Shown here piece after piece: positions 47,734 through 56,754 of a DNA stretch of 64,000 nucleotides; positions within the stretch are counted from its first letter, which is position 1; every line of letters starts with the position of its first letter. The notes under the pieces were generated by a model that was not told where the DNA came from, ran no database searches, and saw only the letters and a program-made list of their open reading frames with translations. This stretch comes from an uncultured Phycisphaeraceae bacterium. Lineage in GTDB: Bacteria > Planctomycetota > Phycisphaerae > Phycisphaerales > UBA1924. The position numbers and the translations under genes are program-made. Location of the stretch: positions 92,341 through 156,340 of the forward strand of contig CALNYS010000002.1 of NCBI GenBank assembly GCA_942490855.1, written 5' to 3'.

Positions 47734-48125
47734 GCGTGACCGCCGACACGCTGTGACGGACGCTCGGCCCGCCGCGCTCGCCCCACGTCACCGCCACCAC
47801 GTCGATGCGCACTGGGCGGTCCGTCCAGCCGTTCTGTTTGATCACGCTCTGCGCGACCAGCACCAGCTTGCGGGACTTGGCGGCGCCCACCGCCACCTCC
47901 GGCGCGAACCCGCCGTCGTCGCGCGCGCGCGCGCGTCTTGACCTCGACGATCACGATGGATTTCTTATCCGGCGCTCGGCACACGAGGTCCGCCTCGCCG
48001 ACGCCGACGTGCAGGTTGCGCGCCAGCACGCGGTAGCCGCGTTTTCGCAGCCAACGGGCCGCGTAGCGCTCGCCGGCGCGCCCGAGGTTGCTCGGCGGCG
48101 CGCGCCGGAAGAGGCGGCGCATCAC
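47726..48125 (-). pseudogene. yraN: YraN-family (UPF0102) endonuclease-like protein, frameshifted inside a (CG)8 repeat
   Basis: The N-terminal frame reads GERYAARWLRKRGYRVLARNLHVGVGEADLVCRAPDKKSIVIVEVKTRARAR. The conserved C-terminus (DDGGFAPEVAVGAAKSRKLVLVAQSVIKQNGWTDRPVRIDVVAVTW...TLT*) is in the +1 frame and stops at 47726-47728. The track ORF 47619..48125 continues in the wrong frame as an Arg/Gly-rich tail. Confidence 0.8.
47920..47935. repeat. (CG)8 dinucleotide repeat at the yraN frameshift site
   Basis: cgcgcgcgcgcgcgcg read directly from the sequence. Adding one CG unit restores the YraN frame. Confidence 0.9.
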
Positions 48126-49450
48126 CGGCGCGGGGCGTCCGCCCGGGCCGAGATCAGGTAGCGCTCGGCGCCAAGTCGGAACAGCTCGGCCTCCATGCGG
48201 TCCACGTCGCTGAGGCTGCCGCGGCGCTGGAGATCGGTGAAGAACTCCGACTGCACCTGCCCGAGGCGTTCCTGGCGGAGGAGATTGAGGATGTCGTCCT
48301 GCGCTTCGTAGAGGCTGATGCTGTGCGAGCCGAGGGATTCGAGCGTGAGCCAGACCCGCCGGGAATTCCAGTCGATCGGGCCGACGGTCTCCCCCACCGC
48401 GAGCGACGTCGCCGCGTCGTTGATCTCCGGGACGCCGAACACCTCGGTCTCGCCGAGCCCGTTCTCTCCGACCTGCACCTCGTGGAGCCCGCCCTGCGCG
48501 GGGCGGTAATCGCTGTGGCGCTCGGCGATCTCAGCGAAGGGGAGCCCCTCGCTGATCTCGCGCTGCACGGCGGCCGTGCGCTCGGGTTCGTCGGCGGGGG
48601 TCCAGATCATGCGCAGGCGCGCGGTCGCGGGCGGGCGGAACGTGCTGAGGTCGCGCAGGTACGCGCGGCGCACGTCGCGCCACGGGATGTACGCGCGGTG
48701 GCGCAGCAGACGCCCGACCATCTGGCGCACGAGCTGCTGGCGCGATTCGGCTTCGACTTTCTCATCGAGGGTGAGCCCCTCGTCGGCGAGGTAGAGCTCG
48801 TTGGCGAGCTCGGCGCTCCCGCCGCTCTGGCGGATGAGGTCGCCGCGCACGCCCTCGACGAACGCGGCGATGCCCTGGCGCTCAGCGGGGGAAAGGACGG
48901 CCTCGAACTCGGCCAGGAGCAGCTCGTCACGGATGACGTCGCGGAGGGCGGCGCTGATCTGCTCGCGGAGCTCGAGCAGGAACTCGCGCTGCCCGACCTG
49001 CTGGGCCTCGGCGGTCATCTGGGCGTCCATGGCGCTGAAGAACTCGGATGCGAAGATCGGTCGCCCCGACACCTGCCCGATGAGCGCGTCGAGCGGGGCG
49101 GTGACCACGGACGCGGGGCGCTGATCGACGCGCACGGCGCTGGTCGTCGCGCGGGGTTCGGGCGCCGGGGTGTCGGCGGGCGTCGCGACGGCGACGTCGT
49201 CGAGCCCGCGTGTCGCCTCGGCTCGCGTGATGCGCCGGATCGGCTCGGCGGGCGTGAGCCCCGCGCCCTCGAGACGGGTCGAGCGGTAGACGGGGTCGGT
49301 CGTCTCGGCGCTGGCGCGGTCGAGCGCGTCGAGGTCGATCAGCGTGTTCTGCGTCGCCTCGCGACGCAGCGTGCATGCGGTGGCGAGCACGGCGCACGCG
49401 CCAAGGACCGCTGTCCGGAACAGAATCGGGCGGGACGGTGTTGTGCGCAC
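48122..49450 (-). CDS. Periplasmic SurA/PrsA-like chaperone (parvulin-type PPIase-like C-terminal region)
   Basis: Track ORF 48122..49588. I prefer the GTG at 49450, which is preceded by GGAGA, gives the signal peptide (M)RTTPSRPILFRTAVLGACAVLATA, and avoids overlap with the divergent 49530 gene. SurA-N-like helical region. The family call is moderate. Confidence 0.6.
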   Translation of the reverse strand: MRTTPSRPILFRTAVLGACAVLATACTLRREATQNTLIDLDALDRASAETTDPVYRSTRLEGAGLTPAEPIRRITRAEATRGLDDVAVATPADTPAPEPRATTSAVRVDQRPASVVTAPLDALIGQVSGRPIFASEFFSAMDAQMTAEAQQVGQREFLLELREQISAALRDVIRDELLLAEFEAVLSPAERQGIAAFVEGVRGDLIRQSGGSAELANELYLADEGLTLDEKVEAESRQQLVRQMVGRLLRHRAYIPWRDVRRAYLRDLSTFRPPATARLRMIWTPADEPERTAAVQREISEGLPFAEIAERHSDYRPAQGGLHEVQVGENGLGETEVFGVPEINDAATSLAVGETVGPIDWNSRRVWLTLESLGSHSISLYEAQDDILNLLRQERLGQVQSEFFTDLQRRGSLSDVDRMEAELFRLGAERYLISARADAPRR

Positions 49451-49529
49451 GCGCGGTCTCCATCGGGCCGGGACGCGACCCTTCGCATAGACTGCCCACC
49501 ACACCCATCGATGTCCAGCAGGAGCAGGC

Positions 49530-50000
49530 ATGTCAGAGATCATCATCCCGGGGGGCGGCGGCGGGGACAGCGCCGACGACGCACCCAAGATTCACGTTGA
49601 CAGCGACTGGAAGGCCGAGGCCCAGGCCGAGAGGGACCGCCTCGACGCCGAGGCCGAGGAGAAAACCGCGGCCTCGGGCGGCGGCGCGGGCGGCATGCCC
49701 CCCGCCAACTTCCAGACCCTCTGGAGCGAGCTCGCCTCGCAGGCCTACGTCTTCCTCGGCGCGATCCCCGACCCCAAAACGGGGCAGGCGATCGTCGCGC
49801 CCGAGTACGCGAAGCACTACATCGATCTCCTCGGCGTCCTCAGCGAGAAGACCGAGGGCAACCTGAGCGCCGAGGAATCCGACGAGTTCCAGAAGGTCCT
49901 CGTCGAACTCCGACAGGTCTTCGTCCGCGTCGCGGGCTATGTCGCGTCCGAGATGGCCAAGCAGGACGCCGCGGGCGAACAGCCGGCGCCGGACGCCTGA
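49530..50000 (+). CDS. DUF1844 domain protein
   Basis: FQTLWSELASQAYVFLGAIPDPKTGQAIVAPEYAKHYIDLLGVLSEKTEGNLSAEESDEFQKVLVELRQVF matches the DUF1844 pattern as I recall it. Confidence 0.7.
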   Translation: MSEIIIPGGGGGDSADDAPKIHVDSDWKAEAQAERDRLDAEAEEKTAASGGGAGGMPPANFQTLWSELASQAYVFLGAIPDPKTGQAIVAPEYAKHYIDLLGVLSEKTEGNLSAEESDEFQKVLVELRQVFVRVAGYVASEMAKQDAAGEQPAPDA

Positions 50001-50073
50001 CGAACCCGGCCTGATCGGGCCGATAGACCTCTATCTTCCCGCCCATCGACTCACTCGTGAAGGGGACCGACCC

Positions 50074-50874
50074 GTGAGCGATTCCTCGTCCTTCCTGGAC
50101 AAGCACCATTTCCTGCTCCGCCGACTGCACTCGCTCGCCGGCGTGATTCCCATCGGCGTCTTCCTCATCATGCACCTGACGACCAACTCGTCGGTGGTGT
50201 GGGCCGAGGCCTTCGGGCGCGACGGCGCCGAGACGTTCCAGCACGAAGTCAACTTCATCCACTCCATGCCCGGGCTGATCCTGATCGAGGTCTTCGGGCT
50301 GTGGCTGCCGATCTTCTTCCACTCGATCTTCGGCTTCTACTACGCCTTCTCCGGGCGCTCCAACGCCGCGTCGTACCCCTACGGGGGCAGCTGGCGCTAC
50401 AGCCTCCAGCGCTGGACCGGCTACGTCGGCTTCCTCTTCATCCTGTTCCACGTCGCGACGCTGCGCTGGGGGTGGGATTTCCTCCCCTTCTCGTCGGGCT
50501 TTGACGCGCACTCGGCGGCGTCCACCACGGCGCTGTCGCTCCGCGGCGGTCCCGACGCGAGCGTGCTCGGCGGGATCTTCAACATGGTCCTGTACCTCGG
50601 CGGCGTCACCGCGCTCGTCTACCACTTCGCCAACGGGCTCTGGACCTGGGCGATCACCTGGGGCATCACCGTCTCACCGCAGGCGCAGAAGCGCTGGGGC
50701 TACGTGTGCGCCGCGGTCGGCTTCGGGCTCCTCGGCGCCGGCTGGAGCGCGTACTTCGGGTTCGTCGCGCTCGACATCGAAGCCGCGCAGCAGACCGAGC
50801 TCCGCATGCGGGCGCCCGGGCACGCCGAGGCTGAACCTCTCTCCAGCAGCCCCCTTCTCAGCGAGGAGCACTGA
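50074..50874 (+). CDS. sdhC: Succinate dehydrogenase/fumarate reductase cytochrome b558 subunit (type B, five-helix)
   Basis: The GTG at 50074 (after GAAGGGGA) gives (M)SDSSSFLDKHHFLLRRLHSLAGVIPIGVFLIMHLTTN, which closely resembles the Bacillus-type SdhC N-terminus. The upstream part of ORF 49939.. overlaps the DUF1844 gene. Confidence 0.85.
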   Translation: MSDSSSFLDKHHFLLRRLHSLAGVIPIGVFLIMHLTTNSSVVWAEAFGRDGAETFQHEVNFIHSMPGLILIEVFGLWLPIFFHSIFGFYYAFSGRSNAASYPYGGSWRYSLQRWTGYVGFLFILFHVATLRWGWDFLPFSSGFDAHSAASTTALSLRGGPDASVLGGIFNMVLYLGGVTALVYHFANGLWTWAITWGITVSPQAQKRWGYVCAAVGFGLLGAGWSAYFGFVALDIEAAQQTELRMRAPGHAEAEPLSSSPLLSEEH

Positions 50875-50877
50875 CCT

Positions 50878-52833
50878 ATGCCGCTGCCCCCCAACCACGA
50901 CAAGCGTGTGATCGTCGTCGGCGGCGGACTCGCGGGCCTCGCCGCCTGCGTCCGCCTCGCCGAGCAGGGCGTCCCCGTCGACCTCTTCTCCATGGTCCCC
51001 GTCAAGCGCTCGCACTCCGTATGCGCGCAGGGCGGGATCAACGCCTGCAACGACATCGCCCGTCAGCAGGGCTACTCCGAGTGGGAGCACATGGACGAGA
51101 CGCTCTACGGCGGGGACTACCTCGCCGACCAGCCTCCCGTCTACGAGATGACCCACTGGGCGCCGCGGATCATCAACCTCCTCGACCGCATGGGCGTGCC
51201 CTTCAACCGCACCATGGAAGGGCAGCGCGACCTGCGCCTCTTCGGCGGTTCGCTCTTTAAGCGCACGCACTTCTCGGGCGCGACGACCGGGCAGCAGCTC
51301 ATGTACGCCCTCGACGAGCAGGTGCGCCGCGCCGAGGCCGAGGGCAAGGTCACCAAGTACGAGTTCTGGGAGTTCCTCTCCCCGATCCTCGAGGACGGGA
51401 CGTGCGTGGGCATCGTCGCCCAGGACATGCGCACGATGCAGATCCGCGCGTTCCGCGGCGACGCCGTCGTGATGGCGACCGGCGGCTGCGGGCTCGTGTT
51501 CGGCAAGTCCACCAACTCCGTTGTCTGCACCGGCGCCGCGGCCGCGCGCTGCTACCGCCACGGCGCGTGGTACGGCAACCCGGAGTTCATCCAGGTCCAC
51601 CCGACCGCCATCCCCGGCGCCGACAAGTGCCGCCTGATGAGCGAGTCCGCCCGCGGCGAGGGCGGGCGCGTGTGGGTCCCCCGCAAGAAGGGCGACACCC
51701 GCGACCCGCGTCAGATCCCCGCCGAGGAACGCTACTACCTCCTCGAGGAGCGCTACCCCAAGTACGGCAACCTCGTGCCGCGCGACATCGCGTCGCGCGA
51801 GATCTTCGACGTGTGCGTCAACGACCACATGGGCGTTGGCGGCGAGAACCAGGTCTACCTCGACCTGACGCACAAATCCAAGGAAGAGCTCGACCGCAAG
51901 CTGGGCGGCATCCTTGAGATCTACGAGAAGTTCGCCGGCGAGGACCCCCGCGTCCTCCCCATGAAGATCTTCCCCGCGGTCCACTACTCCATGGGCGGGC
52001 TGTGGACGACGTTCACCGCCGAGGACCGCCCCGCCGACCCGATGATGGACAAGGCCGCCATCGCGAAGGGCCACGACACCGTCCGCGGGATGGAGTACGG
52101 GGCGCCCAACACGATGAGCACCAACATCCCCGGGCTGTACGCGCTGGGCGAGGTGAACTTCGCGTTCCACGGCGCGACGCGCCTGGGCGCCAACGCGCTC
52201 CTCTCGTGCATCTTCGACGGGCTCTTCGCGGGCATGGGCATCACGAACTACGTCGCCGACGAGGCCCCCGCCGCGACCGAGGTCGCCCAGGGCGTGTACG
52301 ACTCCGCGGTCGAACGCGAGGAGAAGATCGTTGACGACCTCGTCGGTGAGAACCGCGCCCCGGCCGCCAACGACGACAACGCCTACAAAATCGCCAAGGA
52401 GCTGGGCGTCGAGATGACCGCGGCTTCCACCGTGGTCAAGACCGGCCCGCGCCTCCGCGAGTGCCTCACGAAGATCGACGAGTACAAGGAACGGTTCGAG
52501 AAGGTCCGCCTCGCCGACAGCGAGATGTGGACCAACCAGAACCTCAGCTTCAGCCGGAGCGTCCGCGACATGCTCGTGATCGCCGAGGCGATCGCCAAGG
52601 GCGGCGAGCTCCGCGAGGAGTCCCGCGGTTCTCACTACCGGACCGATTTCCTCGAGCGCAACGACGAGAAGTTCATGAAGACCACCGTCGCCGCGTTCAA
52701 CCCCGAGACGGGACGGCCCGACATCAGCTACCGAGAGGTCGTCACCGGCCTCGTCCAGCCCCGTGCCCGCACCTACGGCAAGACCGACGCCCCCGTCGAT
52801 GAGAAGAAGGAGGCCGCCGCGAGCGCGTCGTAA
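50878..52833 (+). CDS. sdhA: Succinate dehydrogenase/fumarate reductase flavoprotein subunit
   Basis: VIVVGGGLAGLAA, the covalent-FAD site RSHSVCAQGGI, HPTAIPG, ARGEGGR, HYSMGGL, SRGSHYR. Confidence 0.93.
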   Translation: MPLPPNHDKRVIVVGGGLAGLAACVRLAEQGVPVDLFSMVPVKRSHSVCAQGGINACNDIARQQGYSEWEHMDETLYGGDYLADQPPVYEMTHWAPRIINLLDRMGVPFNRTMEGQRDLRLFGGSLFKRTHFSGATTGQQLMYALDEQVRRAEAEGKVTKYEFWEFLSPILEDGTCVGIVAQDMRTMQIRAFRGDAVVMATGGCGLVFGKSTNSVVCTGAAAARCYRHGAWYGNPEFIQVHPTAIPGADKCRLMSESARGEGGRVWVPRKKGDTRDPRQIPAEERYYLLEERYPKYGNLVPRDIASREIFDVCVNDHMGVGGENQVYLDLTHKSKEELDRKLGGILEIYEKFAGEDPRVLPMKIFPAVHYSMGGLWTTFTAEDRPADPMMDKAAIAKGHDTVRGMEYGAPNTMSTNIPGLYALGEVNFAFHGATRLGANALLSCIFDGLFAGMGITNYVADEAPAATEVAQGVYDSAVEREEKIVDDLVGENRAPAANDDNAYKIAKELGVEMTAASTVVKTGPRLRECLTKIDEYKERFEKVRLADSEMWTNQNLSFSRSVRDMLVIAEAIAKGGELREESRGSHYRTDFLERNDEKFMKTTVAAFNPETGRPDISYREVVTGLVQPRARTYGKTDAPVDEKKEAAASAS

Positions 52834-52854
52834 GACGCCCGCACGGATTTCATC

Positions 52855-53682
52855 ATGGTTGCAGAGAACTCCAAAGCGTCCCTCACCCCCGGCGCCAAGC
52901 GCACCGTCCGCCTCAAGATCAAACGCTGCAAGGGCCCCGGCAAGCCCTCCTACTGGGAGACGTTCAACGTCCCCGTCAGCGCGGGCGAGGGCGCCAACAT
53001 CATCAGCGCCCTCCAGCACGTCGCCGCCAACCCCGTCACCGTCGATGGCAACGCGACCACCCCCGTCGTCTGGGACTCCGGCTGCCTCGAAGAGGTCTGC
53101 GGCGCCTGCACCATGGTCGTCAACGGCAAGGTCCGCCAGTCCTGCTCGGCGCTCCTGGACACCATCGCTCCCACCGACGGCGACACCGTCACACTCGAGC
53201 CGATGAGCAAGTTCCCCGTCAACCGCGACCTCTTCGTCGACCGCCAGCGCATGTTCGACACGCTCAAGCGCCTCAAGGCGTGGGTCCCCATCGACGGCCT
53301 CTACGAGCTCGGCAAGGGCCCCACCGAGTCGCCCACCCAGCAGGAAGAACGCTACGTCTACTCCACCTGCATGACCTGCGGCTGCTGCCTCGAGGCCTGC
53401 CCCCAGTTCCAGAAGGAAGACGACCCCGCGAAGTGGGCCGAGTCCTTCGTCGGCGCCAACGCCATGGGACAGGCCCAGCTCTTCAACATGCACGAGACCG
53501 GCGCCCGTCTCAAGGGCGACCGCCTCGACGAGATGTCACGCAAGGGCGGCGTCTCCGACTGCGGCAACGCCCAGAACTGCGTCAAGGTCTGCCCCAAGGA
53601 GATCCCGCTCTCCCAGGCCATCGCCTCCCTCGGGCGCGCCGTCACGATCCACGGCGTCAAGAGCTTCTTCACGGGCAAGTAA
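52855..53682 (+). CDS. sdhB: Succinate dehydrogenase/fumarate reductase iron-sulfur subunit
   Basis: Three Cys clusters: CLEEVCGACTMVVNG, CMTCGCCLEACP, CGNAQNCVKVCP. Confidence 0.92.
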   Translation: MVAENSKASLTPGAKRTVRLKIKRCKGPGKPSYWETFNVPVSAGEGANIISALQHVAANPVTVDGNATTPVVWDSGCLEEVCGACTMVVNGKVRQSCSALLDTIAPTDGDTVTLEPMSKFPVNRDLFVDRQRMFDTLKRLKAWVPIDGLYELGKGPTESPTQQEERYVYSTCMTCGCCLEACPQFQKEDDPAKWAESFVGANAMGQAQLFNMHETGARLKGDRLDEMSRKGGVSDCGNAQNCVKVCPKEIPLSQAIASLGRAVTIHGVKSFFTGK

Positions 53683-53706
53683 GCCCGACATCAAACGATC
53701 CCACCC

Positions 53707-53739
53707 ACGCCCCGAGCGCGCATCGCCCGGGGCGTTTTT
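53707..53739 (+). terminator. Rho-independent terminator after sdhB
   Basis: Stem ACGCCCCG/CGGGGCGT, followed by TTTTT. Confidence 0.8.
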
Positions 53740-53749
53740 CATGCGCGGT

Positions 53750-54538
53750 TTACCCGGCGCACGACCCCCACGCCGCGAGCAGGATCGCCAGGTCGCCCGA
53801 CAGCGTGTCGCCGTCGCCATCGAGGTCGGCGCCGTTGGTTTCCCACGCCGCCAGCAGCGACGCGAGGTCCGACGAGTCGGTCACGCCGTCAGCGTTGAAG
53901 TCCGTCGGGCACGGGACGATCAGCAGGTTCTCCCGGATCCACGCGATCGCGTCCTGCTGCTCGGCCTCCGCCGCCGGGAGATCCCCCGACGTCGGCTCCC
54001 AGCGGTAGACAAAGTAGAACTCTTCCGAGTCCTCCAGCGTCGCGCTCGAGAACCGGAACGTCCCGAGGTAGATCCCCGGCTGCTGATCGATCACGAGGAA
54101 GTGGTCGGCGTGATTGTGCACGTCGCCGAACTCCGTCGCGTTCATCAGCGGGCCCGTGACGACGACGCCCTCGCTCGTCGGCGACTGCGCCGTCTGGTTG
54201 TTGTGCTCGATCTCCAGGTAGTGCGCCGGGTCCACGTCGTCGAACCCGTCGCCGTTCCACAGCTTGAGCGGCGCGGCGAGATCGAGCGAGAAGACCGTGA
54301 ACGCGGGGAGGGCTCCGAGCGCCGCGTTGAAACCGGGGTCGTCGGTGACGATGTTCCCGAAGAAGGAGATCGGGTCGGCGTCGAACACGCGCTCGGGGAC
54401 GACCATCCCCCCCTCCCCGACGCGGTTGGTCGTCAGGCGCCCCTCGTGCGTGTCGAGGATGACGTCGAGGTCGTGCAGCGTGCCCGCGGACGCCGGGCCG
54501 GCGATGAAGAGGACGAACACGAGACGGATGGTGCGCAT
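53750..54538 (-). CDS. Secreted protein, paralog of the next gene, with C-terminal double dockerin-like module
   Basis: The ATG at 54538 gives MRTIRLVFVLFIAGPASAG (the track ORF begins two codons earlier at a TTG). The C-terminus is VPCPTDFNADGVTDSSDLASLLAAWETNGADLDGDGDTLSGDLAILLAAWGSCAG. Confidence 0.75.
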   Translation of the reverse strand: MRTIRLVFVLFIAGPASAGTLHDLDVILDTHEGRLTTNRVGEGGMVVPERVFDADPISFFGNIVTDDPGFNAALGALPAFTVFSLDLAAPLKLWNGDGFDDVDPAHYLEIEHNNQTAQSPTSEGVVVTGPLMNATEFGDVHNHADHFLVIDQQPGIYLGTFRFSSATLEDSEEFYFVYRWEPTSGDLPAAEAEQQDAIAWIRENLLIVPCPTDFNADGVTDSSDLASLLAAWETNGADLDGDGDTLSGDLAILLAAWGSCAG

Positions 54539-54610
54539 GAGCAAGCTCCGGTGGTGGGTGCGTGAATCGCCCCGACGCCGCGTCAGCTGCGCCGGGGCGG
54601 GGCAGTAAGA

Positions 54611-55306
54611 TCAGGCGCGACGACGGCGGGCGGCCGCCATGCCGCCCAGCGCCAGAAGCGCCGCGCCGCCCGGAGCCGGGACGAGTACATCCTCCACGTA
54701 CTCGATCGCCGCCTCGTGATCGATCTCGTCGCCGCCGAAGTTGCCGACGAACCAGAACGTCTCGGAGTTCGCGGGGACGCCGCCACGAACCGAGTCGGTG
54801 GCGAAGAGCTCCATCGCGATCAGGTAGACGCCGTCAGCGCTGCCGTCGAGCGGCGCGTTGAGCACGATCTCGAAGTGATCGTCAAACCCGCCCCCGCCGA
54901 CGGGGACCGCGAAGCCGGGGGTGAACCCGCCGGCGGAACCGGGCGTGTCCATCTCCGCGCCGAGCAGCTCGTAGGTCACGGTGCTTGGGGACACGGCGCT
55001 GAAGTCGCTCCCGTTCCAGACGCGGACGGCGTCCACGAAGTTGACGCCCCAGCTCATGCCGGCGAGCGTGCCCGCCTCCGCGAAGAACCCCGGCTCGTCG
55101 GAGATGTTCTCCCCCTCGCCGTTGCCCCACTCGAACGCGAACACGCGCTCGCGCTCCTCGACGATCGTGTCGCCCGTGTGGCTCCAGGACCCGGTGACGA
55201 GCGTGTCGTCCACGACGTGCAGAAGTACGTCAACGCCCTCCCCGTGCGCAAGGGCGAGGGAAGCAAACGAAGCGGTGCAGACCGAAACAGTAATCGTGCG
55301 AAACAT
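54611..55306 (-). CDS. Secreted protein, paralog of the previous gene, with a PEP-CTERM tail
   Basis: The ATG at 55306 gives MFRTITVSVCTASFASLALA. Its body aligns by eye with the 53750 product (RERVFAFE/PERVFDAD, SDEPGFFAEAG/TDDPGFNAALG, VRVWNGSDF/LKLWNGDGF). The C-terminus is VPAPGGAALLALGGMAAARRRRA. Confidence 0.75.
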   Translation of the reverse strand: MFRTITVSVCTASFASLALAHGEGVDVLLHVVDDTLVTGSWSHTGDTIVEERERVFAFEWGNGEGENISDEPGFFAEAGTLAGMSWGVNFVDAVRVWNGSDFSAVSPSTVTYELLGAEMDTPGSAGGFTPGFAVPVGGGGFDDHFEIVLNAPLDGSADGVYLIAMELFATDSVRGGVPANSETFWFVGNFGGDEIDHEAAIEYVEDVLVPAPGGAALLALGGMAAARRRRA

Positions 55307-55344
55307 GATGGATCTCTCGTGTGTGGTGTGTGAAATGGAAAGGA

Positions 55345-56193
55345 TCAGCGGTACAGACGCGGGTCGAAGAGATTCCTCTCTTCGCTCTCGTAGACCTCGC
55401 TGAACCTCATCGTGGAGCCGTGCCCGTCGAGGAACGTGTAGTTGGAGGCCGTCCCCCACCCCGCGTCCTCGGCGTTGCTCCGAACGCTCGCGCGCTCCTG
55501 TCCGGAGAACCCGCTGTACCCCTCCGCCCAGTTCCCCGGCGCGCCGCCGTAGGCGCCGACCGACGCCTGCTGCGACGCGAAGAACGGGAGGTAGGCAGGA
55601 TCGAACCGCGCGCTCGTCGCCCACTGCTGGACGTGCACGTGGTCAGCGCCCGCGAAGGGCCCGTGCTCGGCCATCAGCAGGAACTGACAGGTGAGCGCCG
55701 GGGCGGCGATCTTCTGCATCCGGTTGAAGTACCGCGACGCGATCGTCGCGGCGCTGTCGCCGGGCTGCAGATCGATCTGGAGCTGCGACGTCACCATGTC
55801 GTTGACGCCGTAGCTCGTCGCCCGGAACCGCCCGGGGAACCCGGGGATGTGCTCCCCCTGCCCCCCCTGTTCGACGGACCAGTGCGGGCTGAGGTCGCCG
55901 GGGGACCGCCGATCGATCCCCTCGTCAACGTAGGAGCGCAGGGTGTTGACCCACGCGAGCTCCTCGCGGGGGCCCACGCCGCCCTCGGGGAGCCCCGGCT
56001 CGATCAGCCGCCCGCGTTCGTCCTCGCTGTACATCAGGCTCCCGATCTGGAGCTGACGCATGGTGCTCAGGCACGCGACCGACCGCGCCGCCAGCCTGGC
56101 GCTGCCCAGCGCGGGCAACAGCAGACCGATCAACACGGCGATGATCGACACAACAACAAGGAGCTCGATGAGCGTGAACGCGCGCGTGCGCAT
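55345..56193 (-). CDS. DUF1559-type pseudopilin-like protein (prepilin N-terminal cleavage/methylation domain)
   Basis: MRTRAFTLIELLVVVSIIAVLIGLLLPALGSAR is a type IV pilin-like N-terminus. The C-terminal motif NYTFLDGHGSTMRF is of the H-X9-DG type. This architecture is typical of Planctomycetota. Confidence 0.85.
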   Translation of the reverse strand: MRTRAFTLIELLVVVSIIAVLIGLLLPALGSARLAARSVACLSTMRQLQIGSLMYSEDERGRLIEPGLPEGGVGPREELAWVNTLRSYVDEGIDRRSPGDLSPHWSVEQGGQGEHIPGFPGRFRATSYGVNDMVTSQLQIDLQPGDSAATIASRYFNRMQKIAAPALTCQFLLMAEHGPFAGADHVHVQQWATSARFDPAYLPFFASQQASVGAYGGAPGNWAEGYSGFSGQERASVRSNAEDAGWGTASNYTFLDGHGSTMRFSEVYESEERNLFDPRLYR

Positions 56194-56271
56194 ACGGGTT
56201 CTCCTGTCTGGAAACCGGACCGGGCGCGCAGAGGGCGCGCGACTACAACGATGAGGCGTTGCGAGGCGGGG

Positions 56272-56634
56272 TCAGGCGCAGACAGGAGGGGCGCGGGGCG
56301 GGCCGGCAGACCAGGCCCAGGCGCGGACGGGCGTCTCGGCGCCCGGTCGTTCGATCCGCACAAACGCGTGCGCATCGATGAACGTGAACCCGCCGGGCGA
56401 CGTGAAGGCGCGGTCGGCTGACTGGAGCGTCAGACAGACCGGGCACTCATCCTCGTCGGGCGATGGCTCGGGGGACTCGTCAGAATCATGCGATGTCGCC
56501 GCCCGCTCGCACCCGTGCGCGTCCGCGGTGTCACCCGGGGCGTGCGCGAGGACCCGGTGCAGCGTCTGCCCGCCACCGCTGACGGCGAGGGCAAAGGCGA
56601 CTATCCCGAGCATGTTGAGAAGGCGAGTCGTCAC
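56272..56634 (-). CDS. Small membrane-anchored acidic protein with a CPVC motif
   Basis: GTG start (an alternative ATG lies at 56613). One TM helix (LLNMLGIVAFALAV), an acidic linker (SHDSDESPEPSPDEDE), then CPVCL. Confidence 0.45.
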   Translation of the reverse strand: MTTRLLNMLGIVAFALAVSGGGQTLHRVLAHAPGDTADAHGCERAATSHDSDESPEPSPDEDECPVCLTLQSADRAFTSPGGFTFIDAHAFVRIERPGAETPVRAWAWSAGPPRAPPVCA

Positions 56635-56680
56635 AGCTTCATTGTTATACGCCCCGGGCGCCGTTCAAGTGGCGAGATTG

Positions 56681-56713
56681 GCAAAAACAAAAAAACCCGG
56701 CCGGGCCGGGTTT
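56681..56713 (-). terminator. Rho-independent terminator downstream of the GFN-repeat gene
   Basis: Perfect 8-bp stem AACCCGGC/GCCGGGTT with a 3-nt loop, followed on the minus strand by TTTTTTTGTTTTT. Confidence 0.85.
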
Positions 56714-56754
56714 CTCGGACACTAGGGAAGGAGAGATTCAGTCAGACGCGAGGC

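Noticed and set aside
49939-50073. Upstream part of the sdhC ORF starting at ATG 49939.
   Set aside because: It overlaps the 3' end of the DUF1844 gene in another frame. The GTG at 50074 reproduces the canonical cytochrome b558 N-terminus.
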